Below the pieces are notes generated by a model that was not told the DNA's origin, ran no database searches, and saw only the letters and a list, made by a program, of their open reading frames with translations. The position numbers were made by a program, and so were the translations under genes. A stretch of DNA of 52,357 bases from Candidatus Caldarchaeales archaeon. GTDB lineage: Archaea; Thermoproteota; Nitrososphaeria_A; Caldarchaeales; Wolframiiraptoraceae. This document shows, piece after piece, positions 1 to 9,801 of the stretch (the first letter of the stretch is position 1; each line of letters opens with the position of its first letter). The stretch is taken from NCBI GenBank assembly GCA_039630055.1, contig JBCNVN010000005.1:1-52357 (forward strand). The letters are read 5' to 3'.

Positions 1-2
1 AT

Positions 3-788
3 GAGAAGGCTCAAGATAGGATCCTAACCAGTATCGATAGGAAGAGGTTTGATGATGCTTTCCAGATGATGATGGAAAGAGATATAGAGGTTGAAGCGGT
101 CGAGTCTATTAAAAAGTTAACAGGCTCTCCACCGATAATATATAGGTCTGATGGTGTAGATAGAAACATGATCGAGAAGACTAGGGATATACTTTCACCA
201 TGGAGTAGTGCTTCTAGATCTTTTGAGAACCTGCTAGAGATAGTCGAGCTAGCGGTTATCGGTGGTGTAAAAGCCGACATATACATAATGCCTGGAATGT
301 CTAGAGGGCTAGAATACTATACAGGCTTCATATTCGAGCAGAGCCTCCCAGAAGTAGATATATCATTCAATGGTGGAGGTAGATATGATAAGCTTGTAGA
401 ATTATTTGGTGGAAAGCCCACCCCGGCGGTTGGATGCGCTATAGGAATATCTAGGATACTACAGTACTTGACCGATAAGAAGAATATAAAGATGGCTCCT
501 GAGAGACCGAGAACACTCTTAACATTTCTCCCAGAAGTTGAAAAGAAGTATGTGGCAAGAGTGTTAGGGGTTCTTAGGTCTGAGAATATTCCCGTAGAGG
601 TAGACGTGGTAGAGAGGAAGATAGCATCAGCTATAGATTATGCGTTAAAGAATGGATTCCGCTTCCTATTGATAGTCGGAAAGTCTGAGGAGGTAGCGGG
701 AGAGATAAGCATAAGAGATTTGGAGAAGATGGTTCAAGTGAGGTATAGTTTAAATGAAGTTGAGGCTATTAGGAAGATGATAGGATAA
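3..788 (+). CDS. hisS: Histidyl-tRNA synthetase, 5'-truncated by window edge
   Basis: Frame is open from position 3. Motifs RGLEYYTG, GGGRYDKL and AVGCAIGISRI, plus a C-terminal anticodon-binding domain. Confidence 0.93.
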   Translation, partial: EKAQDRILTSIDRKRFDDAFQMMMERDIEVEAVESIKKLTGSPPIIYRSDGVDRNMIEKTRDILSPWSSASRSFENLLEIVELAVIGGVKADIYIMPGMSRGLEYYTGFIFEQSLPEVDISFNGGGRYDKLVELFGGKPTPAVGCAIGISRILQYLTDKKNIKMAPERPRTLLTFLPEVEKKYVARVLGVLRSENIPVEVDVVERKIASAIDYALKNGFRFLLIVGKSEEVAGEISIRDLEKMVQVRYSLNEVEAIRKMIG

Positions 789-798
789 GTGGGTTGAA

Positions 799-1605
799 TT
801 GACCTATCTAGACATATCCACCCATCTGGAAGCATCGATAATATTACTAGCGATATTCATAGTCTCTCTAAGATTCAGGTTTGTAGATCTTGGAGGGATA
901 GTCACCTCCTTCATAGTCGGATACCTAGTATATGTCTTCGGTGGAAGAGAATATTTTCTAGTATTGATCATATTCTTCCTCGTCTCAGTAGTCTTAACAA
1001 AGATAAGGGTAAGAAGGGTGAGAAACTTACAGAATAAGGAGGATGGGGTGAGAGGTTGGAGAAATGTTATCGCAAATGGATGCACGGCGACGGTTGCAGC
1101 AGTTATGGCCGGTCTATCCAATGATGAAAAAGTATTCTTTGCAGCATATCTTGGAGCTATATCATCTGCCTTCGCTGACACTCTCGGAACAGAGGTCGGT
1201 CTACTATATCCGAGAATGCCTAGGCTCATAACAAGTATGAAGAAGGTTAATCCTGGGACACCTGGGGGCATAACGCCACTAGGCTATCTAGGTGGCTTCG
1301 CTGGACTAACGATATTAACTATAGTTATCTCTCTAGTGGATAGGAGGCTTCTAATAGACGAGCTTGCAGCAATAATCTATCCTTCAGGTCTAGTCGGTAT
1401 GACAATGGACAGTCTTATAGGAGCGGGAATACAGGCAAAGTATAGATGTATAGTCTGCGGTAAGCTTACAGAGTCTCCAATTCATTGTGGACAACATGCA
1501 GAGCATGTTGAAGGCTTCAAACTCATAAACACCCATACAGTAAACTTTATAGCAACAGTGATAGGGACCATAACTGCCCTCACAATATTTAGATACCTAT
1601 ATTAA
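799..1605 (+). CDS. DUF92/TMEM19-family membrane protein
   Basis: RGWRNVIANG, ADTLGTEVG, PGTPGGITPLG and DSLIGA motifs, CxxC...HC near the C-terminus, multiple TM segments. Confidence 0.88.
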   Translation: MTYLDISTHLEASIILLAIFIVSLRFRFVDLGGIVTSFIVGYLVYVFGGREYFLVLIIFFLVSVVLTKIRVRRVRNLQNKEDGVRGWRNVIANGCTATVAAVMAGLSNDEKVFFAAYLGAISSAFADTLGTEVGLLYPRMPRLITSMKKVNPGTPGGITPLGYLGGFAGLTILTIVISLVDRRLLIDELAAIIYPSGLVGMTMDSLIGAGIQAKYRCIVCGKLTESPIHCGQHAEHVEGFKLINTHTVNFIATVIGTITALTIFRYLY

Positions 1606-1933
1606 ATTAAGAAGTTAAAACAAGATATAATCTTCTAAATATTCTCTTATCCCACATATTCGTCAAGATCGGTAGAATATGGTCTTAAGCATAACTTGAT
1701 AAACCTTCTAAACTATTATGTTTTATCGGGTAAACCATCCTATAGAGACTGTTATCCTTATCCATACATCCAGATTTATATAAGTTATCTAAAGAGATAT
1801 GGAGGAGACCTCTATCCCAGACCAGTCCCAGAGACAAGCCTCTCAAATCTCTGAAACCACTAAAATAGTTCAAGATCTCTCAGAATATTCGAATTAGAGA
1901 AATATTTTAAAAAAGGTTTTCAGAACTTCTAGT

Positions 1934-2027
1934 GGGCCCGTGGCCTAGCACGGATATGGCGCCGGCCTCCTATAGTTCTACTCCTTGAGAGAGCCGGGGG
2001 TCGTGGGTTCGAGTCCCACCGGGCCCG
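1934..2027 (+). tRNA. tRNA-Arg(CCT) with 19-nt intron (1973-1991) at position 37/38
   Basis: Acceptor stem GGGCCCG/CGGGCCC, anticodon stem CCGGC/GCCGG, T-arm GTGGG-TTCGAGT-CCCAC. Removing 1973-1991 gives loop CT-CCT-AA. TTTTAAA TATA-like box about 28 nt upstream. Confidence 0.9.
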
Positions 2028-2168
2028 CATTTATCTAGTGTAACCTCGATCAACGGATAAACATATCAAGGGAAATTATGTACTCATAAAATATCTTGAA
2101 GTCCTCCGACATATTATAAGACAGATATGTTTTGTAGATAGATTTAGATGAAGACTAGAACTCTCTTA

Positions 2169-2459
2169 TTATAGTTGTTTACATCCTCCGAAGACTACGG
2201 GCAATATTGCAACCTCATCTCCAGGTTTAACCTTTATATCTCTAATATCGCTAAATCTATATACGGTTAAACCATTGATTATTAGAATAAAAGTACCTTT
2301 TATGATCCTATCCGATAGTTTCTGGATAGTGTCTCCCCAATCTTTCAAAGCCTCCCTTAGAACATCGTACAAAGATATCTCTGAATCAACAGTATGAACT
2401 CTCTCTATAATATGATCCGTTAAACCAATTATCCTCAGCTTAACTAAATTATCTGGCAC
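2169..2459 (-). CDS. MoaD/ThiS/SAMP-type ubiquitin-like protein with 4-aa extension after GG
   Basis: Beta-grasp signature ILIING...VKPGDEVAILPVVFGG followed by CKQL. Lies next to the AOR cluster. Confidence 0.85.
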   Translation of the reverse strand: MPDNLVKLRIIGLTDHIIERVHTVDSEISLYDVLREALKDWGDTIQKLSDRIIKGTFILIINGLTVYRFSDIRDIKVKPGDEVAILPVVFGGCKQL

Positions 2460-2597
2460 AGATTAAACATCTTAATTCTAGCTTATAACTCTTATCAAAC
2501 ACTAGATATAGACACTGCTACTCTTAGGTCTCTGTAGATCATCCAACATATATCAGTAATCCTTATCTCTGAATTAATATAATTCTCTAAATGTAAA

Positions 2598-3878
2598 ATG
2601 AGGACACAATATGATATAGTGATTATCGGTAGTGGTCCAGCAGGTGTGAGGGCTGCAACAATCATTAAAGAACATGATAGAGATCGTTCAGTCTCGATAA
2701 TTACAAAAGATCCATTTATATATACTAAGATGGCTATACATCATGTATTAAAGAAAGAGTTACCGATAGACTTCTTTAAAATATATCCAGACCTCGATAA
2801 TCTAAAAATAAGCCTTACACCATCTACTGAAGTTAGTAAGATAGATCTTACACGCAAGGTTATTAAAGTTAAGTCTCCTCACAAAGATTCAGAGTATACT
2901 TTCAACAAGTTAATCTTAGCAGTAGGTAGTAGACCTATCATACCTAACATAGAGGGGGTTGATAAGATAGGGATCTTCACATTCAACGAGTATAGTGATG
3001 TTACATCAATAAATAAATATATTAAAGTAGGAATGAGAGCCATCATCGCTGGTGCTGGATTAGTCGGTCTACTATTATCTGAAGCATTAAGAGCAAGAGG
3101 ATTAGATGTAACATTGATAGATAAACTATCTGGAGTAGGATTGACGATATTTGAAGAAGAAATATCTAGTTATCTTATACGTAAACTGGTAAGTAGAGGG
3201 GTGAAAGTAGTAACAAGATCGAGTGTTGAGAAGATTATTGGAGATAGAAAGAATAGAAAGATTGTTAAGAAAGCAGTCATTAATGGAGAAAATTATTCGG
3301 CAGATATAGTATTCTTCACACTTGGCGTTAAGCCTGAGAATAGTTTAGCGGTAAGAACAGATTTAAAGCTAGGTGTTAAGAGAGCTATAAAAACAGATGA
3401 GAGACTCGAGACCTCGATCCCAGATGTTTACGCAGTTGGAGATTGTGCAACATCCATAGACTACTTTACCAGAAAAGAAACATATAGGCCGTTAGGCACG
3501 CTCGCCGTCTCCATGGCTGAGATTGCCGGTAAAAACTGTATAAATATTAGTACAACATATGATGGATTTATTCCAATGCAGTATATCGAAGTATTTAATA
3601 CATCGATTGTTAAGATTGGATTGAATACTAAAGAAGCTAGAGAACTTGGTTTAAAAACTAGCAAGAGAATGATTAGATATAAGGTTCCAGGGATAGGAAG
3701 CCATCCTGTAAGTTTACTAATCTGTAAAGATAATCGTCGAGAAGATATTATTGGATGGCAGACCGTGAGCCCATGGTTAGCATCATACAAATCAACGATA
3801 TTCATCAATGCAATAAAAGAAAAGATTGGGTTGAGCGAGTTCCTAGATAAAGAAAAAAACATAGAGGTAGTTGGATAG
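2598..3878 (+). CDS. FAD/NAD(P)-dependent oxidoreductase (pyridine nucleotide-disulfide family; AorC/rubredoxin-reductase-like)
   Basis: GSGPAG FAD motif, GAGLVG NAD motif, TSIPDVYAVGD. No Cys at the NADH oxidase/CoA-disulfide reductase redox position (FIYTKMA). Confidence 0.85.
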   Translation: MRTQYDIVIIGSGPAGVRAATIIKEHDRDRSVSIITKDPFIYTKMAIHHVLKKELPIDFFKIYPDLDNLKISLTPSTEVSKIDLTRKVIKVKSPHKDSEYTFNKLILAVGSRPIIPNIEGVDKIGIFTFNEYSDVTSINKYIKVGMRAIIAGAGLVGLLLSEALRARGLDVTLIDKLSGVGLTIFEEEISSYLIRKLVSRGVKVVTRSSVEKIIGDRKNRKIVKKAVINGENYSADIVFFTLGVKPENSLAVRTDLKLGVKRAIKTDERLETSIPDVYAVGDCATSIDYFTRKETYRPLGTLAVSMAEIAGKNCINISTTYDGFIPMQYIEVFNTSIVKIGLNTKEARELGLKTSKRMIRYKVPGIGSHPVSLLICKDNRREDIIGWQTVSPWLASYKSTIFINAIKEKIGLSEFLDKEKNIEVVG

Positions 3879-3883
3879 TTATC

Positions 3884-4399
3884 TTAAGGTCTTATAGGTG
3901 CTGAGGGGCCTCTACTTACCCCCGCGGCTTTTAAAGACTTTACATATTCAACGACCAGTTTATCAACGGCTTTTACAGGCTTCTCAAACCTTAATGCATT
4001 GAAAGAACATGCCTCAACACATGCTGGCTTCCCATCACATAGGTCGCATTTCACAACTCTTCCTTGGGCATCGATGCTTATCGCTCCATATGGGCATGCA
4101 AACATACATGCTTTACAGTTGATACATGTCTTGTAGTCTATGTAGACCGCTCCCACTCTTCCATCTCTATGAATTGCACCAACGCCACAAGCTTCTTGAC
4201 ATGGTGCTGGATTACAGTGGAGGCATGTTGCTGGAATAAAGTCGCCCGTCTCTTTCCATGAAAATACTCTTATCCTACTATCTGTTCTATTAAATCTTCC
4301 AACTTTCTTGAAGCTACATGCTAGAGTACATCTTTCACATCCAGTACATCTATCCAAATCTATTACTAAGATCTTTTCAGGCATAAATGCAAGACCCAT
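3884..4399 (-). CDS. 4x[4Fe-4S] electron-transfer subunit (DmsB/AorA-like)
   Basis: CTGCERC, CLHC..APC, CINCKAC..CP and KCDLC..PAC clusters. GGAGGTGA SD upstream; 4 nt downstream of the AOR stop. Confidence 0.92.
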   Translation of the reverse strand: MGLAFMPEKILVIDLDRCTGCERCTLACSFKKVGRFNRTDSRIRVFSWKETGDFIPATCLHCNPAPCQEACGVGAIHRDGRVGAVYIDYKTCINCKACMFACPYGAISIDAQGRVVKCDLCDGKPACVEACSFNALRFEKPVKAVDKLVVEYVKSLKAAGVSRGPSAPIRP

Positions 4400-4403
4400 C
4401 CTC

Positions 4404-6275
4404 TCACCTCCATGTTACATATCCCAAAACATCATTCATTCCCAGTTCTTTCAACTTCTCTACGGTAGGCTTTCCATCCTCATCCCATCCACGAATCTTG
4501 TAGTAATCTCTCTTCATATATTCAAAATCTTCCTCTTTCAAGACCCTACCAGCAGCGGGCCCTGTCTTAAGTGGATCTTGGTGTATTCTGGGTGGAAGCT
4601 TATCATCTTTTGCAGTAACACCGAATCTTACATTTAATAATCTTATCAAGTTGATTATTCTCTCTCCTGCGAGTTCAAAGTTTCTAACATCCTTATACTC
4701 ATCAAATCCTGTTACAGTCCATAGAATATTTGCTAATCTCTGATTATCCCAGCAGCAGAAGTCGCATATTCCCGTTGCGAATTTTGCCGCATACTGATGC
4801 TCTTGCTGAACGACGACGATAGCTTTATTCTCAGGGCTCCATCGATCTAATTTTATCGGTGAAGCTCCAAGCCAGTAAGCATTTAAACATTCTGGGCCTA
4901 TAGGCCAAGATCTCAAATGGCATCCACCTCTATCCGCTACTGAATACGATAAACCCATAGCTGGTGAAGCTCTCGGCTCATAGGCTGGGATCTCCAATCC
5001 CTTAACATGGACAGCGAATCGCTCACTATTCTTTCCAATCTTCTGACTTGCAATCCTAGTTCCTTCTGCTAAAATATCTCCCAGTCCTTCTCTATTAGCA
5101 ATCTTCTCTATTAATGAGACTAGTTCTTCTGCATTACCAAATCTAAGCTCCAGCCCCCCTGTCTCATCAGATGTGATCAGATTTCTTTCAAACAACTCCA
5201 TAGCCCATGCTACTACAGAGCCGGTTGTGATAGTATCTAGACCATACTCATCGCAGAGTTTATTCGCTTTAACGATTGCATCGAATCTAGATGTTCCTGT
5301 ATTGGCCCCTATCAGGTCTGCAGTCTCATACTCTGGTCCTTCGACAAGTGTTCCAGCCCATGGACCATAATCTATCAAGACATAGTTGTGACAACCGATT
5401 GGACAAGAGAAGCATGCACCTCTCTTAATAGAATGTTTTAAGAGAACATTTGCATCAATGTTTGAAGAATACTCGAACCTTCCATCAGTATAGTTTCTAG
5501 TAGGCAGTGCGCCGACTTCTTGAATAGGCCACATCAAGGCTATTGAACCCCATTTGATCCCAAATTGTGCTTCAGGATTCTCGAAGATATCCAATCTATT
5601 CATCTCTTCACAAGCTTTCATAAATTCTTCTGGATATGCAACCTCAACCGATCCTGTACCTCTTACAGCTATGGCCTTGATATTCTTAGAGCCTAGTACA
5701 GCTCCACCTCCACCTCTACCATGCTGTCTACCTTCAGAGTCAACATTTGCAAACCTTATCATCTTCTCACCTGCAGGCCCTATCGCTAATACTTTAACAG
5801 AGGGATCTCCAAGCTCTTCCTTGATCGCTTCTCTCGTCTCACTGATCTTCTTGCCCCAAAGATGTTTAGCTTTTTTAATACTAACATAGTTGTCGTCAAT
5901 ATATATGTATGATGGTTCTCTTGCTCTACCTGTAATCATGATGCCATCGAACCCTGCATATTTTAGTTCGGCGCCTACAGCACCACCAGAATGAGAATCT
6001 AACCATATATTCGTGAGAGGTGACTTGGTTATTATCGGATACTTACCAGAGGCTGGAGCATTAGTTCCATTTGCTGGACAAGTCCAGACCATAAATATAT
6101 TCTCTGGACTCAAAGGGTCTACCTTAGGATCTATATGGTCGAGTAAGTATCTTGCTCCAACACCCTTACCACCTATGTAAGTTCTTGCATAAGCCATGTT
6201 GAGAGGCTCTGTAAGAATCTTCTCCTTATCTAGATCTATTATTAATATCTTGCCTACATATCCACCTATCTTCAT
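4404..6275 (-). CDS. aor: Aldehyde:ferredoxin oxidoreductase family (tungstopterin) catalytic subunit
   Basis: KSPLT, IGPAGE, GRGGGGAVLGSKNIKAI, CFSCPIGC, GPEYET, DEYGLDTI, RGGCH, YY..RGWDEDGKP. Start placed at MKIGGY (ORF is open to 6317). Confidence 0.95.
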   Translation of the reverse strand: MKIGGYVGKILIIDLDKEKILTEPLNMAYARTYIGGKGVGARYLLDHIDPKVDPLSPENIFMVWTCPANGTNAPASGKYPIITKSPLTNIWLDSHSGGAVGAELKYAGFDGIMITGRAREPSYIYIDDNYVSIKKAKHLWGKKISETREAIKEELGDPSVKVLAIGPAGEKMIRFANVDSEGRQHGRGGGGAVLGSKNIKAIAVRGTGSVEVAYPEEFMKACEEMNRLDIFENPEAQFGIKWGSIALMWPIQEVGALPTRNYTDGRFEYSSNIDANVLLKHSIKRGACFSCPIGCHNYVLIDYGPWAGTLVEGPEYETADLIGANTGTSRFDAIVKANKLCDEYGLDTITTGSVVAWAMELFERNLITSDETGGLELRFGNAEELVSLIEKIANREGLGDILAEGTRIASQKIGKNSERFAVHVKGLEIPAYEPRASPAMGLSYSVADRGGCHLRSWPIGPECLNAYWLGASPIKLDRWSPENKAIVVVQQEHQYAAKFATGICDFCCWDNQRLANILWTVTGFDEYKDVRNFELAGERIINLIRLLNVRFGVTAKDDKLPPRIHQDPLKTGPAAGRVLKEEDFEYMKRDYYKIRGWDEDGKPTVEKLKELGMNDVLGYVTWR

Positions 6276-6635
6276 ACGTAGAATATATTCTCCTAACATG
6301 AAGATATGTTTTTTCATTATGCTATTCTATAGGAGTCTTCTCGGCTGAGTTAAAGTCTGTATTAGCCCGTGAATGTTGCCTCCATATATTGGAGATTGAG
6401 GCTTCACCTCTAGAAATCCCTCTTACCTCGAACAAAACATTATATTCTCATCAGATGATAAACTAGATTAAAAAACTTTTAAAAACTAGTTCTACTGTAA
6501 GCGGTGAAGACTGTCATAAACTTTAAACATCCTTAAACAGGTCTCCATCAAGCTAATACTAAAAATATTTATCCTGTGCCCCTTTTGATAAGACTCATAA
6601 GATATCTGAGGAAACCGTTAGAGATTATAAGAGAG

Positions 6636-7736
6636 CTAAACCCTTGAAACTATCTTGACTATCTTATCATCGTCGGGAGCCGGCTGCCCTCTCCCATCCC
6701 AATTGCTTGTTAAAATATAGAGGCATCCGTCAGGACCTTGAACAACATCTCGGAGCCTACCATACTGAGACTGTAAAATCTTTTCATGGAAGATTACTTT
6801 AGAATTATCAAGTTCAACCCTATGTAGATGTGCTCCTCTAAGAGCTGCGAAGAATAAACTACCACTCCAGTCTCCGAGCTCCGTCCCATAATAGAAGGAG
6901 CATCCAGAGGGAGCCCAAGTCTCCAGACCGCTATGGAGTATTGGAGGAATATACTGTTCTCTCTTCTCATCTCCTATCGCATCGGGCCATCCATAGTTTC
7001 CACCTGCAGTGATTAGGTTGACCTCGTCATGGGCGAACCTTCCACCCTCACCACTCGGTCCATGCTCGGTGGAGTAGAGAAGCCCTGTCTCCCTCTGCCA
7101 ATCCAAGCCTTGAGGATTTCTATGACCTAGAGAGTATACTGGGGATTCTCTGAAAGGGTTGTCGGCAGGTATCCTGCCATCATGCTCCAATCTAAGTATC
7201 TTTCCGCCTAGAGACTGGATATCTTGAGAGATCCACGGAGAACCTGCCTCCCCAATCGTTATGTAGAGCTTTCCATCTGGTCCAAACCTAATCCTCCCCC
7301 CATTATGTATCCTGCCTCCGGGTATTCTATCGATGATTGTAACCTCGTCGGTCAGCCCTTCCTCATCACTGTAAGCAGATACTTTATTGAATAGGTTGGA
7401 GCCAGACCTATAAGTATAGTATAGGTATATCTTTGAGCATCTTTTAGCTATGCCTAGAAGCCCTCCTTCTCCTACAGCGGCCACATCGACCCTTCCCCAG
7501 ACATCGACTCTACCCGAATCTAGGTCGAGAAGCTTAACAATCCCCCCTCTCTCAGTGAATAGAGCCTCACTAGGGTTGAGGAAGATTATAGACCATGGTA
7601 CTCTGAGATTTGAAGCGATTACCTCGGTCTTCACCTGTCTAGGAGGAGTCTCAAAACCTCTTCCAAACATCATGTATATGAGAACCGATACACCTATACC
7701 AGCCAACCCATACAATGCGGCCCTTCTAGTGATCAT
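6636..7736 (-). CDS. PQQ-dependent aldose sugar dehydrogenase (GSDH/Asd beta-propeller), twin-arginine-like N-terminus
   Basis: GEGGLLG, HNGGRIRFGPDGKLY, GHRNPQG, GRLRDV motifs. N-terminus TRRAAL plus hydrophobic stretch. Confidence 0.92.
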   Translation of the reverse strand: MITRRAALYGLAGIGVSVLIYMMFGRGFETPPRQVKTEVIASNLRVPWSIIFLNPSEALFTERGGIVKLLDLDSGRVDVWGRVDVAAVGEGGLLGIAKRCSKIYLYYTYRSGSNLFNKVSAYSDEEGLTDEVTIIDRIPGGRIHNGGRIRFGPDGKLYITIGEAGSPWISQDIQSLGGKILRLEHDGRIPADNPFRESPVYSLGHRNPQGLDWQRETGLLYSTEHGPSGEGGRFAHDEVNLITAGGNYGWPDAIGDEKREQYIPPILHSGLETWAPSGCSFYYGTELGDWSGSLFFAALRGAHLHRVELDNSKVIFHEKILQSQYGRLRDVVQGPDGCLYILTSNWDGRGQPAPDDDKIVKIVSRV

Positions 7737-8292
7737 TAAGACATGATGGGTTTGACAGTATAAAATCTTTCACTGGAGACTCAAAATCTTAATACATTTG
7801 GTGAAAAATCTTCTAGAAACCCTAAGATACATTCATTATATTACGGTTAGCGGCGTATTCAAGAAACCATCGAGTCTACATCGATCATATCTTCTGAAGA
7901 TTCTTCTTCAGACTTCCCAGCATCCCCATCCTATAAATCCCAGTGTCTTCTAAGATCACTAGAAGATTTTAAACTATGGGAAATGATAGATAAACAAATT
8001 TATCGTGGTAGCTAGAGCCAGCATGAAGTCCACTTCAGAATATGTTGAAGTTATGAGTGTAATCTCTTCAAGCCTACTCATCGAGACTTCTATCATAGAT
8101 CGCTCCAGTATCATCTCGCTACCCCCATCCATTTGCTCCCTGAACTGATCAAGCCTCTCCAACCTCTTCGAGATCCAGAAAGATGAAAAAGATAAAAACA
8201 GCTACAACCATTATAAGTCTAGACCATAATTAGTAGGCTTCTATAGTATCTCTTCCTCGGAATAGTTTATTAACATCTTAGTCTATTCCCCT

Positions 8293-8589
8293 ATGTGGTC
8301 TATCTTGTCGAAGACAAGCAAGAAGAAGGCGGCGAGAAAAGAAGAGACGCCAAAGTTCTCCATCCTTGAACATGAGCTAGTCCCACCTCACAGAGTCTTA
8401 ACCCCAGAAGAAGCGAGGAAGATACTAGAAAAATATGGGATACAGCCACAGCAGCTACCATATATACTGGCCTCAGATCCTGTGGTTAGGGAGATCGGAG
8501 CTAGACCGGGAGATATAATAGAGATTAGGAGGAAGTCTCCAACGGCTGGAGAAGCAGTCTACTATCGTCTCGTAGTCGTGGAAGAGTAA
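8293..8589 (+). CDS. rpoH: DNA-directed RNA polymerase subunit H (Rpo5)
   Basis: [10 protein letters not shown]...[11 protein letters not shown]...[22 protein letters not shown]. Start may be TTG at 8305. Confidence 0.96.
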   Translation: MWSILSKTSKKKAARKEETPKFSILEHELVPPHRVLTPEEARKILEKYGIQPQQLPYILASDPVVREIGARPGDIIEIRRKSPTAGEAVYYRLVVVEE

Positions 8590-8610
8590 TCCTCTAAGGC
8601 TGATAACCTA

Positions 8611-8844
8611 TTATCGATGGTATCCTGTAGTTTCAGCTATATATGTAGCGGATGGTACAGTGATCATAATATATCCAATCCATGCTATTATGAAGCATGC
8701 TCCTAGAACTATGAATAGGACAGGTATCTTGACAGCCAGTTCAGGGTCTAACGGTAGAAAGCCGAAGAACCATAATAGATAGAATATGCTGAAGGCTATT
8801 GCCAGCGTAAATATTACTCCTCCAACAATCTTTGCAACCTTCAT
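8611..8844 (-). CDS. Small two-TM membrane protein (DPM2-like pattern)
   Basis: 77 aa with two hydrophobic helices and an AWIGYIM motif. Fills the gap between rpoH and a divergent regulator. Confidence 0.7.
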   Translation of the reverse strand: MKVAKIVGGVIFTLAIAFSIFYLLWFFGFLPLDPELAVKIPVLFIVLGACFIIAWIGYIMITVPSATYIAETTGYHR

Positions 8845-8908
8845 ATCTTAAGAATACCAATGAATTTACATTTATTTAATAATAATCATATGAAATCTAA
8901 GGTGTTAG

Positions 8909-9331
8909 ATGGATAGGGAGAGCCTCTACGACTTAAGAGGAAAGACTCTCAGAGTATACTTGTTGTTGTTGAAGAAGGGTAAACCTCTAGGCGTAAGAGA
9001 GGTTCAGAGAGAGCTAGGGTTCTCTAGCCCTAGCATCGCCCACCATCATTTAGAGAAGCTGAAGGACATGAAGATAGTGGTTAAAGATGAGCTCGGTAGA
9101 TATTCTGCCTCAGAGAAGGTAGATGTAGGAATATTAAAGATGTTTATAATCGTTGGTGGAAGATTCTTCCCCCGCTTCTTCTTCTACGCAGTATTCTTCA
9201 CATCCCTTACACTACTCTATATCTTAAACAATTACGCAGATCTAGACATCTATGCATTAACCTTCTCAGTAGTTTCTACTATAGTCACATGGTATGAGAC
9301 TGTAAAAGTCTGGAGGCATAAGGAATGGTAG
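8909..9331 (+). CDS. Winged-helix transcriptional regulator with two C-terminal TM helices
   Basis: GVREVQRELGFSSPSIAHHHLEKL HTH followed by two hydrophobic segments. Confidence 0.82.
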   Translation: MDRESLYDLRGKTLRVYLLLLKKGKPLGVREVQRELGFSSPSIAHHHLEKLKDMKIVVKDELGRYSASEKVDVGILKMFIIVGGRFFPRFFFYAVFFTSLTLLYILNNYADLDIYALTFSVVSTIVTWYETVKVWRHKEW

Positions 9332-9381
9332 AAGAAATGCTGTTCCAAAATCTAGACTTATTGGTAAGGTGATCGATATAT

Positions 9382-9708
9382 GTGGTGGTTGAAGTGAGGC
9401 TGATAAAGTTAATCGTCTTCGCAGTTATTCTATCTATAGTAGTGTATTATGCTCCAGCAGTACTAACTACATTCACTATCACCAGTCCAGCTGTTGAATA
9501 TGAAGCAGCTAACGTGACTAGGTTAGGCCCTATGGTGGAATCGGATGAAAATGTTACAGTTCAATCTACACCGTTATTACAAGTATATCGGGAAGAGTCG
9601 GGGAATGCTGAATATATGCAAATATATTTTTACAACTTGATGTTATCTCTAGCCGTAACGCTTGCGGTATTCATAGTGGTTAGAAGAATTAGAAGAGCTT
9701 TCTCTTAA
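9382..9708 (+). CDS. Hypothetical membrane protein (N- and C-terminal TM)
   Basis: Hydrophobic ends with a polar middle, basic tail RRIRR, GGTGA SD upstream. Confidence 0.65.
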   Translation: MVVEVRLIKLIVFAVILSIVVYYAPAVLTTFTITSPAVEYEAANVTRLGPMVESDENVTVQSTPLLQVYREESGNAEYMQIYFYNLMLSLAVTLAVFIVVRRIRRAFS

Positions 9709-9801
9709 AAGTGATTAACTTTCTCCATGTAAAGCCATAGAATCTTTATATGCGACTGTATCAAGTTAGTTCTGAGATGTTTTATAGAAGCATCTTAGAA
9801 G

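Noticed and set aside
6370-6410. Bulged hairpin GTGAA..GCCTC..GAGGC-TTCAC upstream of aor as a Moco/Wco riboswitch
   Set aside because: Stems are only 5 bp and I see no recognisable riboswitch consensus.
7974-8210. 62-aa minus-strand ORF with a frameshifted hydrophobic upstream piece
   Set aside because: No recognisable family; could be a remnant but cannot be supported without a search.
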